A stretch of 64,000 bases of DNA, from contig OZ244207.1 in NCBI GenBank assembly GCA_965216875.1, positions 3,360,001-3,424,000 of the forward strand, in the 5' to 3' direction. The DNA is from Rubripirellula sp. (GTDB lineage: Bacteria > Planctomycetota > Planctomycetia > Pirellulales > Pirellulaceae). The notes below the pieces were generated by a model. It saw nothing but the letters and a program-made list of their open reading frames with translations, was not told the origin of the DNA and searched no databases. Positions 28,056 through 37,205 of the stretch are shown here, one piece after another. A program made the translations under genes and the position numbers. Position 1 is the stretch's first letter. Every line of letters begins with the position of its first letter.

Positions 28056-28121
28056 TCAAGGCTGAATCGCAATCACGATGACGCGGACAATAATCGAAGT
28101 GGTGTTAGTCACAGATCTCAT
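28056..28121 (-). CDS. Ile/Val-rich attenuator leader peptide MRSVTNTTSIIVRVIVIAIQP
   Basis: ATG AGA TCT GTG ACT AAC ACC ACT TCG ATT ATT GTC CGC GTC ATC GTG ATT GCG ATT CAG CCT TGA, upstream of the terminator and cimA. Confidence 0.85.
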   Translation of the reverse strand: MRSVTNTTSIIVRVIVIAIQP

Positions 28122-28242
28122 GCCAAAGGTGGTTTGGTTGGGATAAAGGATACGCGGGCCCGATCGACTGTCAATTCCGTTTGAAGCGTTGGCGGGAATT
28201 TGGGAGGTCGCAGTACCGCATCCAGCCAATGTACCGGAAGAT

Positions 28243-28263
28243 TCCGGCTGAAGCCGGTACTAC
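28243..28263 (-). repeat. GTAG REP copy (GTAGTACCGGCTTCAGCCGGA family)
   Basis: tccggctgaagccggtactac is the exact reverse complement of 61336-61356. Confidence 0.8.
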
Positions 28264-28333
28264 AAACACCGGTACGACGAACACCCGAATACCCGACCCC
28301 ACAAACGGCCGACAAGTTCGCTTGTTTGGCTCT

Positions 28334-28744
28334 CTAGACGGCGCCAGACGCCGCTTTTTTTGCGGTCGTGCCGCCATTTCCGTTGCGACGGCGAGCCTGG
28401 ACGAACGACGAAACGCAGATCAGCACAAAGACCACACAGAGCGCAGCCATTCCCACTGACATCTTAAATGCCATGTGCTCGCCTCGGTCCCCATCGGACC
28501 ATTGGACGCCAAAGTAGATGACGCGTAGGAGGCCGATGACGACGCCCAATGCTGCGATCGACGCGGACGCGTGCATCGCGTGCTTGCGACGATGGGGGTT
28601 CAACGCAACCACACCGCAAAATAACGTCGGAATCCCCAACATCATTGGGACGAACTGACCGACGCCTTTGTCGAGCGATGTAACCAAACCGACCACCGTC
28701 AGTGCGCAGAGGAGCAATCCAAAAATGATGCCAACGCGTGCCAC
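28334..28744 (-). CDS. 4-TM membrane hypothetical protein
   Basis: Likely GTG start at 28744; hydrophobic helices, RKHAMH motif and SFVQARRR end. Confidence 0.7.
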   Translation of the reverse strand: MARVGIIFGLLLCALTVVGLVTSLDKGVGQFVPMMLGIPTLFCGVVALNPHRRKHAMHASASIAALGVVIGLLRVIYFGVQWSDGDRGEHMAFKMSVGMAALCVVFVLICVSSFVQARRRNGNGGTTAKKAASGAV

Positions 28745-28865
28745 TGAGTTGATCCGCCTGTGTCTGTCTCGAAGGGGTTGCCTGGTTGAAAGGGCCGCGG
28801 TTTCGGCCCGGTTGGGGCCGGAGTGTAACGAGCCGACCAGGGAATTAACAGTTGTTGACCAGCCT

Positions 28866-29966
28866 CTACTCGATCCGCAGAACCGGCAACCTTCCTCTGG
28901 CCTCGATCTGATTGCGAATCGACTCGGGTGTCTCATCGGGTGGAACGGGACGTTTGGCGGTCTCCTCAGGCTGGATATATCGGTCCCCCTGGCGAGTGCC
29001 GCGCCTAGAAAACTCGGCCTCCAGTTCGATCCTCAATGCTGATTTTTCGAGACACCATTGCGGCTCGATCAGGAAATTGGGCGGTGCATCACCACTGATC
29101 CGCTCAACAATCACGTGCGGCGGGATCCGCTCGAGGAAGTCGACGACCGTCTGCAGGTAGGCGTCGCGCTCCATCATCTTGACCTTCCCGGCCAGCACTT
29201 CCTCACCGAGCGGAGTCCCTCGAACCGCGTACAGGTTGTGGAGCTTGACGGCGTCAAAACCGAGCCGACCGACCTCATCGGCGGTTTGCATCATCATTTC
29301 GTAGGTCTCGCCGGGGACCCCCAGAATGATGTGGGCACAGGTTTCAAAACCGCGCCCACGACTGCGATCGATCGCGTTGATCATGTGCTCGTGACGGTGG
29401 GCGCGATTCATCCACTCAAGGCTGTCGTCATGGATGGTTTGCATACCATATTCGAGTGAAACGGGAACGTTTCTCGCCAACTCCTCGATAAGATCGAGCA
29501 CACAGTCGGGCACGCAATCAGGCCGCGTCCCGATCGCCAGTCCCACAATGTCAGGACTGATCCCCAAAGCAAGCTCATAGACCTCACGCAACTGGTCGGC
29601 CGGCGCGTAGGTGTTGGTCGCAGGCTGGAAATAGGCAATGAATCCCTGAACGCGGTCGTATCGCTTTCGGACCGTTTCCATCCCGCTAGTGAGCTGGTCG
29701 GCGACCCGTTGCAGTCGAACGCGACGCGATGGGCTGAAGGAGCGGTTGTCGCAAAAGTTGCATCCGCCCTTTGCGACCGCCCCGTCGACGTTGGGGCAGG
29801 TGAATCCAGCGTCGATGCTGACCCGCTGCACGCGGCCACCAAACTTTCGGCGCAGCGCCGCGCCGTAGCTGTTCATTACCAATCCGGCCGATTTCCAGGC
29901 CAGGGTGTCGTCAATTTGGGGGTCCTTCACGGTGGACGCAGTTGCCAAATGGGATGTGAGAGTCAA
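28866..29966 (-). CDS. radical SAM protein, TIGR01212 (YhcC-like) family
   Basis: AGFTCPNVDG..AKGGCNFC, AYFQPATNTY, IGTRPDC, EYGMQT, H.ILG.PGE and KLHNL. Confidence 0.9.
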   Translation of the reverse strand: MTLTSHLATASTVKDPQIDDTLAWKSAGLVMNSYGAALRRKFGGRVQRVSIDAGFTCPNVDGAVAKGGCNFCDNRSFSPSRRVRLQRVADQLTSGMETVRKRYDRVQGFIAYFQPATNTYAPADQLREVYELALGISPDIVGLAIGTRPDCVPDCVLDLIEELARNVPVSLEYGMQTIHDDSLEWMNRAHRHEHMINAIDRSRGRGFETCAHIILGVPGETYEMMMQTADEVGRLGFDAVKLHNLYAVRGTPLGEEVLAGKVKMMERDAYLQTVVDFLERIPPHVIVERISGDAPPNFLIEPQWCLEKSALRIELEAEFSRRGTRQGDRYIQPEETAKRPVPPDETPESIRNQIEARGRLPVLRIE

Positions 29967-30035
29967 AATAGTGCAAGCTGGGCGTGTCGCGCATCATCCC
30001 ATCTCTTTTGTTCACTGTCACGGGCGGGAGAGAAA

Positions 30036-30533
30036 ATGAACAAAAGTACACATTCCGAACCTGATTCGAGGCAGTCATCCGTGACCGAAGAGGAAAAGAA
30101 AGAATTCGCTGGACCGTTCGGTCAATTGACGCCCTGTGGTGGTGGAGACCCGATTCCGCTCCTGAAAAAGCGACTCATGGTTGGCCGCAAAGGGGAAGCT
30201 GACATCCAGTTGAAGTTCAACAACGTCTCGACCCAGCATTGCCGCCTCACCCTCGAATACGGCTATTGGTTTGTCCGTGACCTCAACAGTCGCAACGGAA
30301 CCAAAGTTGACGATCGCACGGTGATGCGTAAGCGAGTCGACCCCGACAGCAAACTGTCCATCGCGCGGCACGACTATATCATCGAATACGAGCCCCAGCA
30401 GCTCGGCGCTTACGGCCCTCCGCCAGCCGACGATGATTACATGGACGAGCTGATGCGTAGTTCGTTGATGGACCGAGCCGGTTTGCGAAAACGCGACGAG
30501 AAAAAGTACGGCAATCGCAAAGACCCATCCTAG
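30036..30533 (+). CDS. FHA domain protein
   Basis: VGR...DI...NVS.QHC...VRDLNSRNGTKV; RBS gggag before ATG 30036. Confidence 0.9.
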   Translation: MNKSTHSEPDSRQSSVTEEEKKEFAGPFGQLTPCGGGDPIPLLKKRLMVGRKGEADIQLKFNNVSTQHCRLTLEYGYWFVRDLNSRNGTKVDDRTVMRKRVDPDSKLSIARHDYIIEYEPQQLGAYGPPPADDDYMDELMRSSLMDRAGLRKRDEKKYGNRKDPS

Positions 30534-30574
30534 GTGCGGGTGGCACGCCCATACTGCTGCGTTAACCGTTCACA

Positions 30575-30621
30575 GCTCGCCAGAGCGTGGGGCTCCACCA
30601 ACCACCTTCTGGCGATGGTAG
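30575..30621. repeat. degenerate REP doublet (CGCCAG-loop family)
   Basis: gctcgccagagcgtgg ... ccaccttctggcgatggtag matches 61243-61319. Confidence 0.7.
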
Positions 30622-30706
30622 GAACACTCCTTGTGCATTGGTGCCGCCTCGTAGAAGCTGTGCGAGTTAACCACTTCTACGTCACCCCCACTTTACGGCT
30701 TGATCG

Positions 30707-31018
30707 ATGGCTCAGCTCGCACACCACGTTTTCTTTACTCTCAAAGACAAAAGCGAAGAAGCTGTTGAAGCTCACCTGGCAGCTTGTCGCAAATACCTCG
30801 ACGACCATGACGGCTTGGTCGACTTTTCGATCGGTCGCCGCGATCCCGAGCTCGTTCGTGAAGTGAACGCACGTTACGACGTCTCGCTGCACTGCGTGTT
30901 TGCTGATCGCGCCGCGCACGACGCCTATCAAGTGCACCAACGTCACCTCGACTTCATCGAAGAGAACAAGCACAACTGGGAAAGTGTGCAGGTTTGCGAT
31001 AGCACGATCGAAGCGTAA
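30707..31018 (+). CDS. Dabb (stress-responsive A/B barrel) family protein
   Basis: HHVFFTLK...YDVSL..F.DRAAHDAYQVH.RH..FI. Confidence 0.85.
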   Translation: MAQLAHHVFFTLKDKSEEAVEAHLAACRKYLDDHDGLVDFSIGRRDPELVREVNARYDVSLHCVFADRAAHDAYQVHQRHLDFIEENKHNWESVQVCDSTIEA

Positions 31019-31089
31019 TCACGCGGTCGCCAAACACACGTGGGTTTGCGATAAACCGATTGCTCTCCTATCAAGCCGATTGAATCACG

Positions 31090-31437
31090 ATGAGCCAATT
31101 GATTTACAAGGTCGTCAGCCGATCGGCCTGGGAAGCAGCCATCGCTTCAGGCACCTTCACGGGTGCTGAAATCGATCTCGCCGATGGCTACATTCACTTT
31201 TCGAGTGGTGCGCAGCTTGCCGAAACCTTGCGGCTACATTTTGCTGGCCAAGAAGATCTCGTCCTCGTCGCCGTCGACACCGATTCACTCGGCGATCAAT
31301 TGAAATGGGAAGCGTCTCGTGGTGGTGCTCTGTTCCCGCATCTCTACAGCACCCTCGGAGTCGAAAAGGCGGCCTCGGTACACGCTCTCGAATTACGAGA
31401 CGGCGTCCACGTGTTGCCAGACGGGATAGCCTCGTAG
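31090..31437 (+). CDS. DUF952 family protein
   Basis: IYKV...W...D.ADGYIHFS..Q..ET...HF...LKWE.SRGG.LFPHLY. Confidence 0.9.
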   Translation: MSQLIYKVVSRSAWEAAIASGTFTGAEIDLADGYIHFSSGAQLAETLRLHFAGQEDLVLVAVDTDSLGDQLKWEASRGGALFPHLYSTLGVEKAASVHALELRDGVHVLPDGIAS

Positions 31438-31475
31438 ACGACGTTGATCTCGAAACGCTGCCTGCTGAGACAGGA

Positions 31476-31677
31476 GCGATGGAGCTCGGCAGGAGCATCG
31501 CCCTCCCGGTTAGCGATTTTCGTGCTATTCGATTGATTCGTGGTTAATGATCCCCTACCGCTTGCTGGTCCAGGAATGCCGGTACTTTTTGTGCCTTCTC
31601 GTGCTTTTCGTGGCCAATCATTTCGCGGCCGAATTTGCGATGGAGCTCGGCAGGAGCCTCGCACTCCCTGTTAGCGA
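31476..31677. repeat. 41-bp direct repeat pair flanking TTCGTG-periodic short repeats
   Basis: gcgatggagctcggcaggagc(a/c)tcgc(c/a)ctccc(g/t)gttagcga at 31476-31516 and 31637-31677, with 3 mismatches. Confidence 0.8.
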
Positions 31678-31716
31678 CTCATCAGTTGAATGTGCGCGGG
31701 CGAGCGCCCATCCCGC

Positions 31717-33441
31717 TCACTTGCCGATCGCTTTCAAGAACTGCTTTGCGGTCTTTGTGTTGGCGATGTCCTGTTTGGTTAACCCGCCGCGGCGGGCTTG
31801 CTTGATGCCGTATTGCATCACGTCCATTCCGCTGGTCGAGTGCGCATCGGTGCTAATCACAATCGGAATCCCGAGACGCTTGGCGGCAGCCAGGTGCAAG
31901 TCGTTCAGATCGAGCCGCGCGGGGTTCGCATTCAGCTCCAACATTTTCCCCGCGTCTTTCGTCGACTTCATCACTGCGTCGATGTCGACTTCATAGGGAG
32001 GACGGCGATTGAGCAAACGTCCTGTCGGATGAGCAATGCAAGTGACATGCGGGTTTTCAATCGCACCCAAAATACGTTCGGTGATTTGTTCACGTGGTTG
32101 CTTCTGTCCGTAGTGCACGCTGGCCAAAACCCAATCTGCTTCGGCAAGCACATCATCGGGCAAGTCCATCCCACCTTTCTCGAGGATGTCGCATTCGATC
32201 CCTTTCAAGATCTCGAGTCGTCCTTCGTACTCAGGCCGAATCTCATCGATCATCGCCCACTGCTCGCGGAGACGATCGGGGTCAAGGCCCATCGCCATCG
32301 TCACACGTTGGCTGTGGTCGGTAATCGCGATGTAGTCCATTCCTCGTTCGATCGCCGCATCGGCCATTTCACGAATGGTCGCGGTACCATCGGTAGCACT
32401 CGTATGCATATGCAAGTCGCCACGCACATCTGCGAGCTCGACCAGTTCGGGCAACTCACCACGGTCGGCCAAATCGAATTCGGCCCGATCTTCACGAAGT
32501 TCGGGATCAATCCAAGGCAAACCGATCGCTTCGTAGACCTCTTCCTCCGTTGCACCCGCAATCTGCTCGTCGTTGTCGACGCGAAACACACCGTACTCGT
32601 TGATTTTCAGCCCGAGGTTCTTGGCGATCCGTCGCGTGTGAATGTTGTGAGCCTGAGAACCGGTGAAGTACTGGAGCGCGGCACCGAATTGATTGGCTTC
32701 CACCAGTCGCATGTCGACCTGAAAGGCTTTGCCAACGCGAATGGAAATCTTGGTGTCGCCTCGGCCAATCGTATGGGTTCGTTCCGGATAGGCTTCAAGA
32801 TGATTCATCGCCGCGACGCGGTCACTTGCAACGACGAGCAAGTCGAGGTCACCGACGGTTTCGCGTCCGCGTCGATAACTACCCGCCCATTGCATTTGCT
32901 CGATGCCGTCACAGGCTTGCATGTGCTGGCCAATCGCACTGGCCAACTCGTCACCCTTGGACCAATAGATACGCTCTGCTGCCGCTTCCGCGATGGATAA
33001 CCCCTCAAGGATGGCTTGTTCTGTTTTGGCACCGAAGCCTTTCAAGACGCCCACTCGCTTTTCTTCACAAGCTTTGCGGAGGTCGGCCAGCGACTCGATC
33101 TCAAGCTCCGCCTGCAACTTCGCCGCCTTCTTGGCGCCGAGCCCGGGAATCCGAGCCATTTGGATCACCACTTCGGGCACTTCGCTGCGGAGTTTGGCAA
33201 GTTGTGGCAGCGCCCCTTCGGCAACGAGCGTCTTTGTCTTGTCGACAAGCGTCTTGCCAATCCCTGGCACGCTGTCGAGTTTTCGTGAACTGTCGGCAAG
33301 GATTTCGGCGACCGGTTCATCGAGCTCTCGAATCGCTTTGGCACCATTTCGATACGCGCGAATGCGAAAAGGGTTCTCCCCCTTAAACTCAAGCAGATCG
33401 GCCATCTCTTCGAAGACAGCCGCAATCGATGCGTTATCCAT
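31717..33441 (-). CDS. polX: DNA polymerase/3'-5' exonuclease PolX (PolX + PHP)
   Basis: ENPFRIRAY, HhH motifs, GSYRRG.ETVGDLD, QVDMR, YFTGS..HN, DLHMH, TDHS, HPTGR and TDAH. Confidence 0.95.
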   Translation of the reverse strand: MDNASIAAVFEEMADLLEFKGENPFRIRAYRNGAKAIRELDEPVAEILADSSRKLDSVPGIGKTLVDKTKTLVAEGALPQLAKLRSEVPEVVIQMARIPGLGAKKAAKLQAELEIESLADLRKACEEKRVGVLKGFGAKTEQAILEGLSIAEAAAERIYWSKGDELASAIGQHMQACDGIEQMQWAGSYRRGRETVGDLDLLVVASDRVAAMNHLEAYPERTHTIGRGDTKISIRVGKAFQVDMRLVEANQFGAALQYFTGSQAHNIHTRRIAKNLGLKINEYGVFRVDNDEQIAGATEEEVYEAIGLPWIDPELREDRAEFDLADRGELPELVELADVRGDLHMHTSATDGTATIREMADAAIERGMDYIAITDHSQRVTMAMGLDPDRLREQWAMIDEIRPEYEGRLEILKGIECDILEKGGMDLPDDVLAEADWVLASVHYGQKQPREQITERILGAIENPHVTCIAHPTGRLLNRRPPYEVDIDAVMKSTKDAGKMLELNANPARLDLNDLHLAAAKRLGIPIVISTDAHSTSGMDVMQYGIKQARRGGLTKQDIANTKTAKQFLKAIGK

Positions 33442-33529
33442 AGTTCGCTTGTTGGTCGAAGGGAAAAGGCCCAAACAGAGCAGGGCGATCGTCACACTCT
33501 CGCCGGCGATCAACCGGCAATGCATTCGA

Positions 33530-34432
33530 TCAGCCGGCAATCCGCTGATACGCCTCTTTGTATTTTGCCGCCGTTTGTTCGATGATCTCGTCGGGCAAGA
33601 CCGGGGGCGGCGATGCTTTGTCCCAGCCACATTGCGACAACCATTCTCGAACGAACTGTTTGTCGAACGATGGTTGAGCATGCCCGGGCTGATAGCTGTC
33701 GGCTGCCCAGAAGCGCGAGCTATCAGGCGTAAGGACTTCGTCGATCAACACCAGCTCGTCACCAACGTGCCCGAACTCGAACTTGGTGTCGGCGATGATG
33801 ATGCCGCGTGACAACGCAAGCTCCGATGCAGCCTTGTAGATCCTTAGGCTCTCTTCTTTTAGCCGCAGCGAAAGTGTTTCGCCGACGTCAGCGATCATAC
33901 GATCGATGGACACGTTCTCGTCGTGCCCTTCTTCGGCTTTGGTTGCTGGGGTGAAGATCGATTCAGGCAATTTGCCACACTGCTCAATCCCTGCTGGCAG
34001 CGGGTTGCCACAGACCGCACCGGTCGCCTGATATTCGCGCAAACCGCTCCCTTCCAGATAGCCGCGCACAACACATTCAAAGGGGACAACGGACGCTTTC
34101 TCCGTGACCATGATGCGGCCTTCCAAAGGACCGGTATCGAATTTCGCCGACAGCTCCTCGGGAACGTCGGTCGAAATCAGGTGGTGTCGCACGTCGAGCT
34201 GATCAAACCAAAACCGGCTCATCGCCGTTAGCAGGCTCCCTTTCTCAGGAATCCCGCTGGGCAAGATGTAATCGAACGCGCTGATCCGATCCGAACTAAC
34301 AATCAGCAGATGATTGCCCAGGTCATACACATCTCGCACTTTCCCACTCCTTCGAGGAAGGGGCAAATGTGTTTCAAGCAGGGCACCTGCGTCGTCAAAA
34401 CGGTACAGCGGTTGGGTTGATGATGTATCCAT
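33530..34432 (-). CDS. purC: phosphoribosylaminoimidazole-succinocarboxamide synthase
   Basis: GKVRDVY, SDRISAFD, ECVVRGYL.GSG, DTKFEFG, DEVLTPDSSRFW and FDKQ. Confidence 0.97.
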   Translation of the reverse strand: MDTSSTQPLYRFDDAGALLETHLPLPRRSGKVRDVYDLGNHLLIVSSDRISAFDYILPSGIPEKGSLLTAMSRFWFDQLDVRHHLISTDVPEELSAKFDTGPLEGRIMVTEKASVVPFECVVRGYLEGSGLREYQATGAVCGNPLPAGIEQCGKLPESIFTPATKAEEGHDENVSIDRMIADVGETLSLRLKEESLRIYKAASELALSRGIIIADTKFEFGHVGDELVLIDEVLTPDSSRFWAADSYQPGHAQPSFDKQFVREWLSQCGWDKASPPPVLPDEIIEQTAAKYKEAYQRIAG

Positions 34433-34450
34433 GCCGGTAATGTCGCAAAG

Positions 34451-34510
34451 CCCAGCCCGATACGAAAGGGCCAAGCCCAATACGAAAGGGCCAAGCCCGA
34501 TACGAAAGGG
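34451..34510. repeat. 20-bp tandem repeat x3 just upstream of purC
   Basis: cccagcccgatacgaaaggg / ccaagcccaatacgaaaggg / ccaagcccgatacgaaaggg, plus a degenerate copy ending at 34548. Confidence 0.85.
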
Positions 34511-34728
34511 CCCGCCCGCGATGCAAGCCCCCGCCCGCGACGAAAGGGTTGGTGTGTCGGCTCGCAGATCAGGCCGAAAGTAGGTAAGATGCCTCCTTGC
34601 GCCGGTCCGAAGGCCCCTTATCTTGGTTCTTCGGGATCCTGTCGTGGATCAGTGATCCCGTTGGGATCATGCCTGTCGCGTGTTCAGTTCATTGGCTCAT
34701 CAAACTTCGCTAGACGCGGCGCGTGGTT

Positions 34729-36219
34729 ATGGGGCAGTTTCATTTCGATGTCCCAGGCAAGGCGAGCGAATTTGTCGCTGATTCGCTTTGGAAAGATGCG
34801 TACATCTGTGGCATCGAGGGAGTTCCTTGGCAATCGCAGAGCCAATTTGACGGCCAGCGTCTGTCAATTTCGCGCGCCATCGACTCGTCGGGCAAACTCT
34901 ACATCACCTGCCCCGTCGAGGGTCTCGGCTTCCGCACTCTGAGCACCTGCAGCCTCCGTCCGCTCGATGAAGCTCACTTGCTGCCACTGGAACTTGCTCG
35001 TGGAAGTTGCTTTCGGGCGCGGATTCAATCCGATTCATGGCAGCGCGCTGGGCTGACGCTTAGCGACGACTTCAAACGACTCGTCGGCGAGGGAACCGAA
35101 AAGTTTCTTGACGCGGCACAGCGGCGAGCCGACCAGGAGTCTTCGACCGAATCGTCGCTTGAAGCGATCCGATTACTCGAAATGGCAATCGCCGAACTTG
35201 GCGAATCGTATGCCGTTCAATCGATTGCGTTTCGCAAGCAGCGCGAACCTCAAATTGGGACACTCCTGGCATCAAGTTTGGTGCCTCCGTCACCCGCTAC
35301 CAAGAGCGAAGCGTTTTGCTCGGCCTTCAACTCAGCCGCGGTGCGACTGAGCTGGGCCGACATCGAAACGGATTCAGGACGCTACGACTACGACGATGCC
35401 GAGGCTTCGATTCGCTTTTGCCAAAGCAACGGCCTTCGCGTGATCGGTGGTCCTCTGCTCGATTTTCGCGAGAAGCTAATGCCACATTGGCTCTACCTTC
35501 TCGAAGATGACTTTGACGCGTTGCTTTCGTCAGTCGTGCAATTCGTCGAAAAGACGGTTACCAAGTTCCGTGGCTCGGTCCAACTCTGGAACTGCGCTGC
35601 AGGGCTCAATACCCCGGGGCCACTTCAACTTGACGACGAACAAGTGATGCGGCTTGCGGTGGGCGTCCTTCAAACGGTCCGTCGAACCGACCCCAACACG
35701 CCTGCGGTGATTTCGTTCGACCAACCGTTCGGCGAATACCTGTCCAAATTCCGAGACGGGATATCACCACTCCATTTTGCCGACGCCCTCGCGCGAAGTG
35801 GACTCGGTATGGCCGGCTTGGGCCTGGACATTCGCGTCAACTACTTGCCTGACGGAACCCTGCCACGATCGGCAATCGACTTTGGCAACATGATTGATCG
35901 CTGGGCCACCTTGGGCATGCCATTGCTTGTCCAGCTTTCCGTTCCCGGTGGCGAGGGAACGGATGAAAAAGCGATGGCACCGTCGGAGACGCTTTCGCGA
36001 CCGCCTCAGAATTCGAATTTGGGCGCCGAACAGCTTCGCATTGCCGGCCCGATGATTCGCACCTTGTTGGCCAAGCACATTGTCCACGGGATCGTCTGGG
36101 ACGGCTGGTCCGACAGCGAACCGCACGTACTAAGCCACTCGGGACTTTTGGATGCTGGCGGAGTCCCGCGGCCCCTCTTCGATTACCTGACACGGGTACG
36201 TCGCGAATTCCTTGTTTGA
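34729..36219 (+). CDS. GH10-like TIM-barrel protein with N-terminal extension
   Basis: FNSAAVRLSWADIE...G.YDY, GLRVIGGPL, P.WL, FRGSVQLWN, V.GIVW and GLLD..G.PRP. Canonical catalytic motifs not evident. Confidence 0.7.
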   Translation: MGQFHFDVPGKASEFVADSLWKDAYICGIEGVPWQSQSQFDGQRLSISRAIDSSGKLYITCPVEGLGFRTLSTCSLRPLDEAHLLPLELARGSCFRARIQSDSWQRAGLTLSDDFKRLVGEGTEKFLDAAQRRADQESSTESSLEAIRLLEMAIAELGESYAVQSIAFRKQREPQIGTLLASSLVPPSPATKSEAFCSAFNSAAVRLSWADIETDSGRYDYDDAEASIRFCQSNGLRVIGGPLLDFREKLMPHWLYLLEDDFDALLSSVVQFVEKTVTKFRGSVQLWNCAAGLNTPGPLQLDDEQVMRLAVGVLQTVRRTDPNTPAVISFDQPFGEYLSKFRDGISPLHFADALARSGLGMAGLGLDIRVNYLPDGTLPRSAIDFGNMIDRWATLGMPLLVQLSVPGGEGTDEKAMAPSETLSRPPQNSNLGAEQLRIAGPMIRTLLAKHIVHGIVWDGWSDSEPHVLSHSGLLDAGGVPRPLFDYLTRVRREFLV

Positions 36220-36299
36220 TTAAAAAGGGCAGGGCACGCGCGAATTCCTGTGCGTATGATTGAGCCAGCCATTTCGTTTTGGAACCACGGGAGCCCACC

Positions 36300-37205
36300 A
36301 TGATTCGCAAACAGAGTCTCTTCCTCTGCCTACTCGCCTTGACTTCGATCTCACTGACCGCCGCGGCCCAAGACACGATTGAGCCGACCGGCAACGTCGA
36401 AACGGTCGGCTTCGCATTTACCGAAGGCCCCGCCTGGGACCCACGTGGTGCGTTGTACTTCACCGACATTCCACGCACCACCATTCATAAGCTCAGCAAA
36501 GATCAACAACTCTCTGCGTTCACGACCGATTCCAAACACGCCAACGGATTGTTGGTCACAACGGATGGTCGTCTGTTGGCCTGCCAAATGGATGGTCAAG
36601 TTGTTTCGTACGACATCGAAACGGGCAAGGCAACGGTGTTGGCGAGCGAGTATGACGGAACTCGATTCAACGCGCCCAATGATTTGGTGATCGACAAGTC
36701 GGGCGGAATCTACTTCACCGACCCTCTCTTCCGTGCACCCGAACCGTTGCCACAAAAAGTGCAAGCGGTTTACTACATCGCTCCGGGTGGCAAAGTCACC
36801 CGTGTCACCGGCGACATCGCTGCACCCAATGGGATCGGCTTGTCACCAGACGGAAAAAGCTTGTACGTCATCCCAAGCCATCAAGCCGAGATGCTTGTTT
36901 ACGACGTCGACGGCCCCGGCAAATTGTCCAACGGCCGCACCCTTTGTCGTCTGAAGCAACCCGAAGGCAAAGACAACACCGGCGGCGACGGGATGGTGCT
37001 TGATGTGAAAGGCAACCTTTACATCACCACCAACTTGGGCGTCGAAATCTTTTCGCCCGCCGGAAAACACCTCGGCTTGATCTCCTTTCCGCAACAGCCC
37101 GCGAACGTCACTTTCACTGACGAGGACCGCAAGACCTTAGTGGTCACCGCGCGCAGCAGCCTTTATCGAGTCCGCATGCCAATCCCTGGCCTGCCCCCAA
37201 ACTGA
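36300..37205 (+). CDS. SMP-30/gluconolactonase/LRE family protein, exported
   Basis: Signal peptide; FTEGPAW, NGL, NAPNDL, YFTDP, PNGIGLSPDG, DGM..D..GNLY and PANVTF. Confidence 0.93.
   Translation: MIRKQSLFLCLLALTSISLTAAAQDTIEPTGNVETVGFAFTEGPAWDPRGALYFTDIPRTTIHKLSKDQQLSAFTTDSKHANGLLVTTDGRLLACQMDGQVVSYDIETGKATVLASEYDGTRFNAPNDLVIDKSGGIYFTDPLFRAPEPLPQKVQAVYYIAPGGKVTRVTGDIAAPNGIGLSPDGKSLYVIPSHQAEMLVYDVDGPGKLSNGRTLCRLKQPEGKDNTGGDGMVLDVKGNLYITTNLGVEIFSPAGKHLGLISFPQQPANVTFTDEDRKTLVVTARSSLYRVRMPIPGLPPN

Noticed and set aside
29709..30035. N-terminal extension of the FHA ORF
   Set aside because: It overlaps the radical SAM gene antisense; a good RBS and ATG lie at 30036.
31476..31677. Possible two-repeat CRISPR
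   Set aside because: The 120-nt interval is too long and is itself repetitive; only two imperfect copies.
31717..33441. Possible catalytically dead PolX
   Set aside because: GDLD and the third Asp (QVDMR) are intact and PHP His motifs are present, so it looks like an ordinary PolX. The 654-aa track ORF is over-extended into purC.
34451..34510. Possible mini-CRISPR
   Set aside because: Units are contiguous with no unique spacers, only 20 bp long, and there are no cas genes in the window.
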